Shown piece by piece: positions 11,463 to 22,507 of a DNA stretch of 32,668 bases. The stretch is taken from assembly GCF_001194135.2 (NCBI RefSeq), contig NC_068991.1:70022391-70055058 (forward strand), written 5' to 3'. The notes under the pieces are model-generated. The model saw nothing but the letters and a program-made list of their open reading frames with translations, did no database searches and was not told the DNA's origin. Each line of letters begins with the position of its first letter. Positions within the stretch are counted from its first letter, which is position 1. This stretch comes from Octopus bimaculoides. Taxonomy: Eukaryota. Position numbers and translations under genes: made by a program.

Positions 11463-12273
11463 TATATATATATATATATGCTTGCACGGGGAACGAGAAC
11501 TGAACAGAAGCTAGTGCTGTTACGAAAAGAATTCATGAGGAGGGCATCAGAATTCTTTTTTTCATTCCAGCAAACATAAGATTTGTTAGTGACATCGAAT
11601 CTCGACACAAATTATTCGTACCAGAAAGTTCAAAGTGTTCTTTTGAACAGGATTTGCCTGGTAGCATGCTCCTGTGTTTCTATATTTTCACAACTTGTGT
11701 GCATGTATATCTTTGCGCGCGTTGGGCGAGCGCTTTCGCGCGAACTTGTGTGCATGCACAAATGTGCATGTCTTAGAGCTATGGGTGTTATATTAAGCAC
11801 ATGACTGTGTGTGTCCGCTATATGTGTGTTTCTGTATGGGATAAGAAAGAGAGAGAGGGAGATAAGAGAGAAAGTGTGTGAGAGAGAAAGAGAGAGAATG
11901 AGAGAGTGATATATAGTGTGTGTCTGTATGCATCTATTTATTATTTGTTATTATGTATATTTATACTAATTTTATTTTTTTCCTTTAAATTTTTGCTACA
12001 AGATGTTGGTTATATTTTAACTGTAGGCAAAATTAAGCTTAGGATACTTTTTAATGAGAGCTAAAATTAATACCACACAGCTGGGTATTGCAGTAATTGT
12101 AGGAAGAGTTTAGTTTAAAAATGAAAGCTATGATACAACATAACGCACACAACCATCTCCTATTGGTCTCCAACCCTTTGGCACCAAAGCAGAAAACGAA
12201 AGAGAAAACATAGAGGCTGAATATATATATATATATGTATGTATATATAGCTTATTACATACACATACTATAC

Positions 12274-12359
<86 letters not shown>

Positions 12360-12888
12360 NNNNNNNNNNNNNNNNNNNNNNNNNNNNNNNNNNNNNNNNN
12401 NNNNNNNNNNNNNNNNNNNNNNNNNNNNNNNNNNNNNNNNNNNNNNNNNNNNNNNNNNNNNNNNNNNNNNNNNNNNNNNNNNNNNNNNNNNNNNNNNNNN
12501 NNNNNNNNNNNNNNNNNNNNNNNNNNNNNNNNNNNNNNNNNNNNNNNNNNNNNNNNNNNNNNNNNNNNNNNNNNNNNNNNNNNNNNNNNNNNNNNNNNNN
12601 NNNNNNNNNNNNNNNNNNNNNNNNNNNNNNNNNNNNNNNNNNNNNNNNNNNNNNNNNNNNNNNNNNNNNNNNNNNNNNNNNNNNNNNNNNNNNNNNNNNN
12701 NNNNNNNNNNNNNNNNNNNNNNNNNNNNNNNNNNNNNNNNNNNNNNNNNNNNNNNNNNNNNNNNNNNNNNNNNNNNNNNNNNNNNNNNNNNNNNNNNNNN
12801 NNNNNNNNNNNNNNNNNNNNNNNNNNNNNNNNNNNNNNNNNNNNNNNNNNNNNNNNNNNNNNNNNNNNNNNNNNNNNNNNNNNNNNNN
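12360..12888. other. Assembly gap (N) flanked by (CA)n/(TA)n
   Basis: N run. Confidence 1.
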
Positions 12889-12931
<43 letters not shown>

Positions 12932-12943
12932 CATCAAATAAAA

Positions 12944-13030
12944 GCGGAAGCGTAATGGACCAGTGGACTCACGGCTGTGGGATCGCGGTTTCGATTCCCA
13001 GACCGATCGTAGAGAATGTTTATTGAGCAA
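12944..13030 (+). mobile_element. SINE family A, 5' fragment
   Basis: ggactcacgg..gatcgcggtttcgattcccagaccg..tgtttattgagc matches 5810-5875. Confidence 0.8.
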
Positions 13031-13922
13031 TATGTGCATGTGAATGGATGAGTATACTTGGAACATATATATATTCCTTTCCGAGCTCAGTCGTCTATTT
13101 TTATTAAGGACCATTAATATTTCCTCTTTAGTTCTTTAGAATCAGTTCCGATCATTAGGTTACCTATATGTCCTTGTTCATGGACGTTTTGGTAATCTTT
13201 AATTTATGAGAATGAAATTAAAGTAAGACGGTACGTTTTCGCAATGTCTTCGTTTTGATAGCAGAACCCGCCTGCTAAGCACGAATATAGATTTATATAC
13301 TCACATGTTTAGAGCCAGAAAGATATGAGATTCCGTTAAAAAACCTTATTTTAAATAAAATCCCCAACTTTGATGTTTGTTTGTTTCGAATATCTCTGAT
13401 GTTAATCTTGAAGGTGTTTTAAAAATTCGGGGAGCAGAACATATATATTACGAAGAATTATGGCTCTGTATGGAAAAGAGTTGTTTGAAGGAAATGCTGT
13501 GTAGTTGATACATCGTCAGATGGATGTAAGTGTATAACAGAACAGCCTAAATCCATGTAAAAGACTGCAATTCTCTTAACATCGATCGTTTATAATGATT
13601 AAGAATGATACAGTAAACATTGAATCTAATCCAATATAAAGGTAGATTAAGTGAGCTAAATTCGCGATAGTGACGGAAATTATGTGAACAAAATTAGAAT
13701 TTTGTACTTCTTTAAAATTAATAACGTCTCTCCTAAAAACGTTTCAAAACATTTGGAACGAACTTTATAATCTGAATTTTCAGAAAATATAAACTGAAGT
13801 TAGATTTGACAGCCTACTCTGTTCAACGTAACTGTTCGTATAAAGAGACTTACTTCGATCAGTTGATTTCCTAGAAGAATGACTTGTTCGTATTTATGTT
13901 TCTTGAAACCATTACTCGTAAA

Positions 13923-14041
13923 TACAGGGTGGTCCCTAGAAAAGCGGAAATTTCGTGAAACACTGATTTATATTTTCACAAGACCTATTTGAAGTAAACA
14001 ATAAGCGTTAAATCTTCCACTTTTCTCGCGACCACCCTGTA
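13923..14041. mobile_element. 115-bp Tc1/mariner-type MITE with TA target duplication
   Basis: Left end TA|cagggtggtccctagaaaagcggaa and right end ttccacttttctcgcgaccaccctg|TA form a 25-bp TIR with 3 mismatches. Confidence 0.85.
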
Positions 14042-14171
14042 TAACAACAAACAAAGCAAACTTTTCACCTTCTCATTAGTATATACCTTAATATAAATAT
14101 CAGTATCCTATAGTGCATACCCGTACTAAAGACGTCAGTTACGCAATTATGATCAATTCAAATTCTGGTTG

Positions 14172-14350
14172 CTCTTTACTCGTTTACTTCTTTCAGTGAT
14201 TTGACTGTGGCCATGCTGGAGCACCACCTTTAGTCGAACAAATCGACCCCAGGAATTATTCTTTTATAGGCCTAGTACATATTCTATCGGTTACTTTTGC
14301 CGAACCGCTAAGTTACGGGGACGTAAACACACCAGCATCGGTTGTCAAAT
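14172..14350 (-). mobile_element. SINE family C, 3' portion
   Basis: Homologous to 1961-2150; abuts (TA)n and a gap. Confidence 0.82.
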
Positions 14351-14351
14351 G

Positions 14352-14390
<39 letters not shown>

Positions 14391-14391
14391 T

Positions 14392-15261
14392 NNNNNNNNN
14401 NNNNNNNNNNNNNNNNNNNNNNNNNNNNNNNNNNNNNNNNNNNNNNNNNNNNNNNNNNNNNNNNNNNNNNNNNNNNNNNNNNNNNNNNNNNNNNNNNNNN
14501 NNNNNNNNNNNNNNNNNNNNNNNNNNNNNNNNNNNNNNNNNNNNNNNNNNNNNNNNNNNNNNNNNNNNNNNNNNNNNNNNNNNNNNNNNNNNNNNNNNNN
14601 NNNNNNNNNNNNNNNNNNNNNNNNNNNNNNNNNNNNNNNNNNNNNNNNNNNNNNNNNNNNNNNNNNNNNNNNNNNNNNNNNNNNNNNNNNNNNNNNNNNN
14701 NNNNNNNNNNNNNNNNNNNNNNNNNNNNNNNNNNNNNNNNNNNNNNNNNNNNNNNNNNNNNNNNNNNNNNNNNNNNNNNNNNNNNNNNNNNNNNNNNNNN
14801 NNNNNNNNNNNNNNNNNNNNNNNNNNNNNNNNNNNNNNNNNNNNNNNNNNNNNNNNNNNNNNNNNNNNNNNNNNNNNNNNNNNNNNNNNNNNNNNNNNNN
14901 NNNNNNNNNNNNNNNNNNNNNNNNNNNNNNNNNNNNNNNNNNNNNNNNNNNNNNNNNNNNNNNNNNNNNNNNNNNNNNNNNNNNNNNNNNNNNNNNNNNN
15001 NNNNNNNNNNNNNNNNNNNNNNNNNNNNNNNNNNNNNNNNNNNNNNNNNNNNNNNNNNNNNNNNNNNNNNNNNNNNNNNNNNNNNNNNNNNNNNNNNNNN
15101 NNNNNNNNNNNNNNNNNNNNNNNNNNNNNNNNNNNNNNNNNNNNNNNNNNNNNNNNNNNNNNNNNNNNNNNNNNNNNNNNNNNNNNNNNNNNNNNNNNNN
15201 NNNNNNNNNNNNNNNNNNNNNNNNNNNNNNNNNNNNNNNNNNNNNNNNNNNNNNNNNNNNN
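14392..15261. other. Assembly gap (N)
   Basis: N run. Confidence 1.
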
Positions 15262-15749
15262 ATATATATATATATATATATGTATATATTCATAGACGTA
15301 CATGTATATAAATGTATTTATATATATTAGTCTTTTCTGCTAATTATTTGTATCAACTTGTAAAATTCATTCTCGTAATTTCTTAATCTTTCTTTAGATG
15401 TACAGTTTTTTAATCAGTAATTTTCTTTATCTATGCTTAGTTACCTAGTCTATTTTAAAATTTTTATTCAATACATTTGGAAAATATTTGTTTCACTTTG
15501 TCACCTATCATGATATTCGTGTGTATATCTATGAAAAGATCTGATCACAGTTAGTATATATTTTGTCCTTCCAGCGTATACGCCGATATTGCTAATTAAC
15601 TTTTTTTGTGTTGTACGTACACACATGCTCACGATAGAGATATACTCCTGCTTATTTTAACGTACGTGTATACCTAAATACATTTAAACGTACATACACA
15701 CACAGACGTACAAATTCAGGCAAATACAATCTCACAAGCACACGTATCC

Positions 15750-15935
15750 ATGATATATGTGTATGTGTGTGTGTTTATGTACATATTTATATACATATGT
15801 ATTTATGCACATATATTTAATGCATATATATACGTATATATACATAGACTTATATACACACATGCGCACATCTACATACATAGATACATATATATATATA
15901 TATATATACACACACATATATATATATATATATAT

Positions 15936-15966
<31 letters not shown>
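15750..15966. repeat. Degenerate (TA)/(CA) compound microsatellite
   Basis: Directly visible. Confidence 0.85.
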
Positions 15967-15967
<1 letters not shown>

Positions 15968-17353
15968 TGCATTGCTTGAACTTTTTTTCTTTTCTATAAA
16001 AAGTTTTAAAATATTCCAGACATGTAAAACTTGCCTATCTTATTATTTAATTCATATTTGCTTTTCTATCTGTTGTTTTTTCTTTACTTTTTATTGTTAT
16101 TCTTTTGTTTTCAGTTTTAAATTTCCTGTAAGCATTACAAAAGATATTGCCTTATCACCTATTCAAAATCTGCCAAAATTTTCTACGTTCTTTAAATATA
16201 AATATTTTGCGACAGCTTTTTTCCTTTTTATTTTTCAAATGTTTTTGTTACTATTATTTTGCTGCTTATCTTTTGAACTTATATTATTTTATTTCAATTA
16301 CATTTTCTTCCCGGACACTGTGTGTCTTGTCACGTACTTTGCAAGATCTTTTTTTTTTCCTGTTCATATTTTGTCATATTTTCTCATACTTTGCGACTTT
16401 TTCGTGTTTCAAATAACTTTATGTTAATTTGTTGTATGTGTGAGTGTGTGTCTAATTTTATTTTTTCCAAAAATTTTAAACTGAAAACTGTTTTGAAAGC
16501 AAATCAAATTTGATCCCTATACAGATGTGCGAACGGTAAGAAGAAGAAGACGAATGTAAGTAAATGCCGTTGATATTAACATGACAGATCGCTAAATTTT
16601 TAGTTATAAGAACAATAGAAGAGATTTCACGTGTGTTGATATATATTGGTCAAAACTAAGAAAAAAAACTTAGATAACAGTAACTAACAAAATAGACATG
16701 AGAGAAAAAATATCAATTCTAGAGAAATTAAAATATATTGAAATAAATGAGAATAACACGAAGGAGCTTAGGTCTGTACATTTTAGTGAACAGGTATAAC
16801 TGAGAAACCTACCACTAGAATTCTAACAAGGCGGAACAAAAGATTCAATAAATATAATGGAAGTGTATAATCTAATGAATTGCTATTTCGCACCTGGGGA
16901 AAATTCATTGTGAGAAACTGTAACTATGAAACAAAGAACGAGAAATATCAATTTTGCCGTCCGCGAAATTGTATTTCTTTCTACTTTGATATCATGGATC
17001 TTTTCCTTTTGGCCGGCACATAGAAAAATTAATTTTTTGTAACTAAACACTTTCAAATGTCGTATACTGGTAGAACGTGTCATTTAAAACATCACTTACT
17101 CTTGCCATTTTTAAGAAAATTCATTATTTTCGAAGTTATTTCCTGTTAAATTTGTCGTATTTCGGTAATTTCAACCAATCAATGACGTCTATTGAGGTGA
17201 AAACAATTACTGCTGTGGTTTGTCAACCAGACGTTCTAGCGGTGTACTGGGATCTTTTCCCTTGAATGAAATTACTGCCGTTGTTTGGCAACAACGACTA
17301 TCAGCGGTACTGTTATTCATGACATCGTTCGTACGTTTATACTGGTTGTAGCT

Positions 17354-17425
17354 TTCGGGTTTTAGGGTTAGGGTTCGGGTTTTAGAGATAGGGTTAGGGT
17401 TTTAGGGTTAGGGATAGGGATAGGG
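17354..17425 (+). repeat. Interstitial telomere-like (TTAGGG-variant) array
   Basis: Ten GGG runs made of TTAGGG, TTCGGG, TTTTAGGG and ATAGGG units; three 20-bp higher-order units plus two ATAGGG. Confidence 0.9.
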
Positions 17426-19331
17426 ATCCACGTCACAGAATCCGAAACCGGTCTTATGAAATAGTGGCTCGGGAATGATTTTAATGACTTCTTTTTTTTT
17501 ATGATGGTAGTAGGTGTCCGTCGTTTGGCGATGAAGATTCACTTGTTTCATGAATTGAGTTACTTGCTCTTAAATGTATGACTGAGCATTCTTTTCAGAC
17601 GTGTAAATTTGGAGCAATTTTTAGACAGAACCAGCGTGACACGGATGTAACTTTTGAAATGCAGGTAAGGTATTCCATTGGCAAAGTGTATAGAGCATCA
17701 AATAGAAACTTCACGTTGTTCCTTTCGATTCACTGTGCTCTGAGTTCAAATCCTGTGATTTCGCGTTTAGAAAGTAAAATACCAGTTCAGTCATGCGAAT
17801 CATCCTTCTTCTTCTTCTCATCATCACCCTCTTTTACACTGTCCCTCGCGTTCTCTGCGGAAATACTGTGGGAGATATTCAGACACAGAAAGATATCTAA
17901 ACCAGATCTTCGTACAAAACTTGTACTTATTTTTAGATGTGTAATCCTTGTTCAAAGACACAAAATATCGCTAGCCGAAGAATCGAAACCACGACCGTAT
18001 GATCGTGAGCGCAAAATACTAAATCTCCAGTCCACTTACGTTCATCGACTAGACCACAGAAACCTAATAACTCGTTACAATAAAGTAACATTAATGAATT
18101 TTAATGCTCTCTTTGCTTATGGCAGTCATATAAATTTCTGCAAAATAACAATATATTTGGAGTTAAACAGATCTAATAAATATTAAGAGACTCTCTGAAA
18201 GATGAAGTTTCGACTCTCAGACACGAGTTTTAAATTCAATTATTTCATTTATTTGAGATTTTCAGTATACTGCCAGAATTAGATATTACATTTCATCTTT
18301 ATTTCATACTAGTATTAATACAAAACATGTTTCATATTGTGAAAGCCATTCTTATATTACAAGAAACGTCACTTTTGAGTTTCAGGGATGTTATAGAAAA
18401 GGATAAAAATTCAGAATTGTATTTTTTCACTTTGTTTTTTTCTTTTTCTTCTTTTTTGTCTTTCTAGCAGAGCCAGATTAAAGCTTGTAGCTTGTGTCGT
18501 TAGTAAGAGGCCTTGTGTTGTGTGGCTGTATCGCTTTCTGATTCTGAAAGCATGTTCAAAAAGCAATTATTTTATTTGAAGTGATGAGGAAACAAACGGA
18601 ACACAAAATCTCCCTGAACTATGAATCAGCTATTAGAATCAATAATCTTTGCCTTTCAAGAGTTTGCATGGATTGTTTTTAACTGTCAGCTGGCCATAAA
18701 GTATTATGCTAACTGATGTGGAATGACAGCATCCCTTGATTCAACTTTCATAGCATTAAAGTTAAAATAATTTCACTGTAATCAAAGCATAAAGTTCACT
18801 TATGCCATTACGTTTAACGATTTGAATTTACGCTTTCTATTTAAGAATAGAACACACACGGCCACAAGTAGATAGATAGGTGATAAGTATACTTGAGTGA
18901 ATCCTTATCCTAGAATATTATTATTACGCGTGTCATTGACCTTCCCCCACTAAGGAAGAAAATTAAATTATGCTCCACCGAGATTTGAACTTCGATCGTA
19001 AAAAATATGTAACTAAACCCTGGAAGTCATTTTTAACCATGCCTTATTAAATCTACCCTAACAAAGTCGTGCTCAATATTTATTAGTGATTGAAGCAGAC
19101 GAGGTAGCTGCACCACGGTAGTTGTAATGCTGTGCTGGCAGAAACGATAGGGAGTCAAGGAAACGACGGCTTGCTGCATTTAGATATAACACTTTGTTCT
19201 GATTTCAAATCTCAACGAGGATGACTGTGTCGTTCATCAAACCAGTGACGATATAATAAAACACTAGGAATCGATTTCAATTGGGATGTACTTCATTTAA
19301 CATGTGTGTGTGTGTGTGTGTGTATGTGTGT

Positions 19332-19523
19332 GTGAAGGCGTGTGGCTTAGTGGTTAGGGCACTCGACTCATGATCGTCAGGTCGTGAGTTCAATTCCCGG
19401 CGACGCATTGTGTCCTTGAGCAAGACACTTTATTTCATGTTGCTCTCAGCTGTCAAAAATGAGTAGTACCTGTATTTCAAAGGCCTTGTCGCACTCTGTG
19501 TCACGTTGAATCTCCCTGAGAAC
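19332..19523 (+). mobile_element. tRNA-derived SINE with CORE-like segment and a family-A-like 3' block
   Basis: A box gtggcttagtgg, B box gagttcaattccc, CORE-like ttgtgtccttgagcaagacactt. ccttgtcgcactctgtgtcacgttgaatctccctgagaac matches 6001-6037. Confidence 0.8.
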
Positions 19524-19558
19524 AACATACAAATTATAAAAATAATAATAAAAAAATA

Positions 19559-19649
19559 TACAGTTCATTACTTTTTCTGCTTCGCTGATTTTCACCTATC
19601 GTGGGGCGTTTTGGAACATAACACCCGCGATAGTCGAAGGATTACTGTA
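19559..19649. mobile_element. Small Tc1/pogo-type MITE remnant
   Basis: Ends are TA|cagt...actg|TA. The right end (cgcgatagtcgaaggattactgta) resembles Tigger-like TIRs; the left TIR is poorly preserved. Confidence 0.45.
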
Positions 19650-20238
19650 AAACGAATGGAGAAATAAGAACAACGCACACACACAGAAATGGGAAACTGC
19701 CAATAAATTTAGAACAAAGCACCTCATCATTCTGATCCTCTTCTGCCATGTCCTCCATACTCTTCTTTTCAACATTTTTGAGTACCGAAGCGTTCACTTA
19801 AGGAATTCGAATCAAGGGCAGATTTAAAAGTTTACTTATGATTTTGAAGGATAAGTTGAATTCTTCGTTTATTTTTTATTAGCAATCATTCGATAGCATA
19901 ATTGAAGTATATTCTCTACGCAATTTGCACTATATTTTTAATCATATCTACCAGTTCAAATCGTCTTACAACTACGTCTTCATTAATTATTCGAAGGAAT
20001 GTAAATTATCTACAGTTTGCTAGGGAAAAAAAAACCCTTTTCACTTGGTATTTCTTATCTGTTTTTCCTGATTGCTCCACTCTTTTGCATCGTTATTCTC
20101 CTTATTTTCATGAAATGATGGATCGGCCCCACTACTTGGGATCATCATCTCTTCACAATGAAAACCAATGAATTTTCTTGGAGCCTGGAACTGCAATGGC
20201 TACTCATGCCGTACTGGAAGCAATATCTTCTAGGGTCC

Positions 20239-20298
20239 ATCTAATCGACTGGCCCTCTCCCCAAAAATTTCGCTCCTTGTGCCTAGAGTAGAAAAGAA
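20239..20298 (+). mobile_element. SINE family B, 3' fragment
   Basis: atctaatcgactgg...aaatttcgctccttgtgcctagagtagaaaag aligns to 24305-24362. Confidence 0.7.
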
Positions 20299-20299
20299 T

Positions 20300-20326
20300 A
20301 ATCATAACAAAAATAACAACAACAAC

Positions 20327-20383
<57 letters not shown>
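20300..20383. repeat. (AAC/AAT)n microsatellite
   Basis: Directly visible. Confidence 0.95.
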
Positions 20384-20557
20384 CCTTGTTACTATAGGCT
20401 CAAGGCCCGAAATTTTGTGGCAGGGTGGTGCCAGTCGATTAGATCGACCCCAGTAAGCAACAAGTACTTATATTATCAACCCCGAAAGGATGAAAGGCAA
20501 AGTCGACCTCAGCGAAATTTGAACTCAGACATAGAGACAGATGAAATACGGCTAAGT
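20384..20557 (-). mobile_element. SINE family B copy
   Basis: Reverse complement matches 24149-24362. Confidence 0.88.
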
Positions 20558-21610
20558 ATATCGCGATAATAATAATAATAATAATAACAGCAACAACGGC
20601 GACAATGATGATGATGATAATAATAATAATAATAATGTGTATGCGATGTTCTGAATACATTGGGAAATATTACAGATATAAAATATAAATTACCACAATT
20701 TGCAAAATACGTTAATTTATCAGTCAACGAAGATGAACGAAATTACTTTATATTTTGTATGTATATGACGGGGAGGAGTCTGTGGCCCTATTATATGTCA
20801 ACAGAACATTACACCAAAGATACTTTGAACCCCTTCTGCGGGGACATGAACTGTAGAATATGAAGATGTAATTAAATATTCTGACACAAAAGTTGACTCA
20901 GAATAGGCAGAAGAGTAAAATACAATAAAATGACACAGCAGAGAATATTTGTCTTCTTTTCGAAGAAATTGTAACTAGTTATTGACCTTCTTTGAAACTG
21001 AAGAATTGTACCGAGCAAAGACACAACTAAAAAAAAAAAATTAATATGAAGAGAAAAGCAGCACGAAGAAAACAATCGAAAGAAGGAAAATGTAATATAT
21101 ATATGTATATATATTGCACATAGCTTAAGAATGTTCATTGTTTCTTTTTGCAGTTCCTTTTTTCCAGTTCACACCAGTACAGACAATAGAGAACAGATCA
21201 AAGAATATGGGAAACGTTCAACTAAAAAACCCCCAAAAAAAGAAAAAAAATTATAATAATAATGGTATGTAACAGAGAACATCAATGCTAGAGTTCAGAT
21301 GATTCAATATGTGTTTGAAATTATCGGTTCCTAATCACCGTTAAGAGACAACAGTCTTTTTCGGACTTGCCGTTGCCAAGGTGCTGGTCTGAAGGGACAA
21401 TGTCTTGTGGTGCATAAAATTATTAATCGACAATTCGAGATACAATTTCACCTCGAGAATTTTTTGGGACGAATGTTTTGAGAATGTTTTGGGACGAGAA
21501 AGAGATAGTTTCCGAAGCGATAAGAAGTATTGGGAGATGATTAATAGAAGACGGTATATTTGTAATTATCTATAAGAGATATGAACTTTATATATACATA
21601 TATATATATA

Positions 21611-21775
21611 GTAAATCCAAATAAAAACGAAAAACAAACACAAAAAAAAACATCGCGAGGACTGTGTACATATAAAGCATTAGGGAAGGAAAGAAAGGTG
21701 GTTTTATGTTTTGGGCAAAGCTCTTCTTCAGAAACAGAGGAAAGTCCAACAGAAAAGGAAGACGGAGGGAAAAAA
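21611..21775 (-). mobile_element. Short non-coding repeat carrying a decayed hammerhead-like motif (21701-21735), next to (TA)n
   Basis: Minus strand reads GTTT CTGAAGAA GAGC TTT GCCC AAAAC AT A AAAC, the same architecture as 28486-28523. Element boundaries are approximate and partly from recall. Confidence 0.45.
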
Positions 21776-21825
21776 TCGCCAACGATTCACATGTAGTTAT
21801 GGCCTTCCGACTGACTTTGGAGTAC

Positions 21826-22045
21826 CTAATTCGTGGAATTTGTCCAGCATGCTAAAAATTTTGCCAATTCGCCGTCTTAATTAGATGAAATAGTGGTTTC
21901 AAATTTTGCCACAAGGACAGCCATTTAGGGGAGTGGAGTGTGTTTATTACATCGACCCCAGTGTTCAACTGGTATTTAATTTATCAACCTCGAAAGGATG
22001 AAAGGCAAAGTCGACCTTGGCGGGATTTGAACTCAGAACGTAAAG
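21826..22045 (-). mobile_element. SINE family B: head remnant (21826-21878) plus 5'-truncated copy (21895-22045)
   Basis: atcgaccccagtgttcaactggtatttaatttatcaacctcgaaaggatgaaaggcaaagtcgacc...gatttgaactcagaacgt matches family B. Confidence 0.85.
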
Positions 22046-22214
22046 AGAACAAAATTGTGAGGCATTTCTTTTTACCGATCATCAAAAAATACCGCCTAGG
22101 AATATTAAATGGTTCCAGATTTAGGCAAAACGAGAGAAGAGGTCCGTTGATACCAGCAGAACTGTAGTCAAGTGTCTGAAGTAACAAAAATAGTATACAG
22201 ACACACAGACTAGC

Positions 22215-22219
<5 letters not shown>

Positions 22220-22285
<66 letters not shown>
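22220..22285. repeat. (CA)n microsatellite
   Basis: Directly visible. Confidence 0.95.
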
Positions 22286-22288
<3 letters not shown>

Positions 22289-22291
22289 GCA

Positions 22292-22507
22292 TACACGGAT
22301 GTGGCTGAAAAGTTCCTGGCTTTTAGGTTATCGCGAAAGGTTGGAGATCCAACCTTCCGAATTCTTTTACAGAGCTCAGAAAAACAGAAGGACTTCTGCA
22401 ATAACTGTGAATCTGAGATGGGAATATTATTGAATATAATGGTAATTAACTGATCCTCCTCTATTTTCTTTTAGCTGAAGCCAATAACTTTCCAGCATAT
22501 CCTCGTA
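22292..22507 (+). mobile_element. Non-autonomous mariner-type element (about 216 bp)
   Basis: Imperfect TIRs tacacggatgtggctgaaaagttcctggctt and aagccaataactttccagcatatcctcgta, with TA ends. The interior weakly resembles a mariner transposase C-terminus (VNLRWEY). Confidence 0.75.

Noticed and set aside
2015-15311. Long ORFs of 150-390 aa spanning X runs (also 26188-29005)
   Set aside because: They stay open only because of N gaps and microsatellites (IYIY, LSLS, LSIY). Only the Tx1-like part of 26199..27368 is real coding relic.
17354-17425. True telomere or fusion site
   Set aside because: Only 72 bp, degenerate, internal, and in a single orientation with no head-to-head CCCTAA counterpart.
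13305-18137. Further minus-strand AG...GT pairs (18137-18040, about 15528-15445, 13465-13305)
   Set aside because: The two I translated have stops in all frames, and the third is an AT-rich stretch containing AATAAA. Such pairs were easy to find repeatedly, so they are consistent with chance without RNA data.
17578-18186. 202-aa gap-free ORF
   Set aside because: No recognisable domain and a random-looking composition; it reads through a strong splice donor at 17665.
20165-20232. MNFLGAWNCNGY resembling the start of a LINE AP-endonuclease
   Set aside because: Only a 5-residue motif match, with a stop after 21 codons and no downstream endonuclease motifs.
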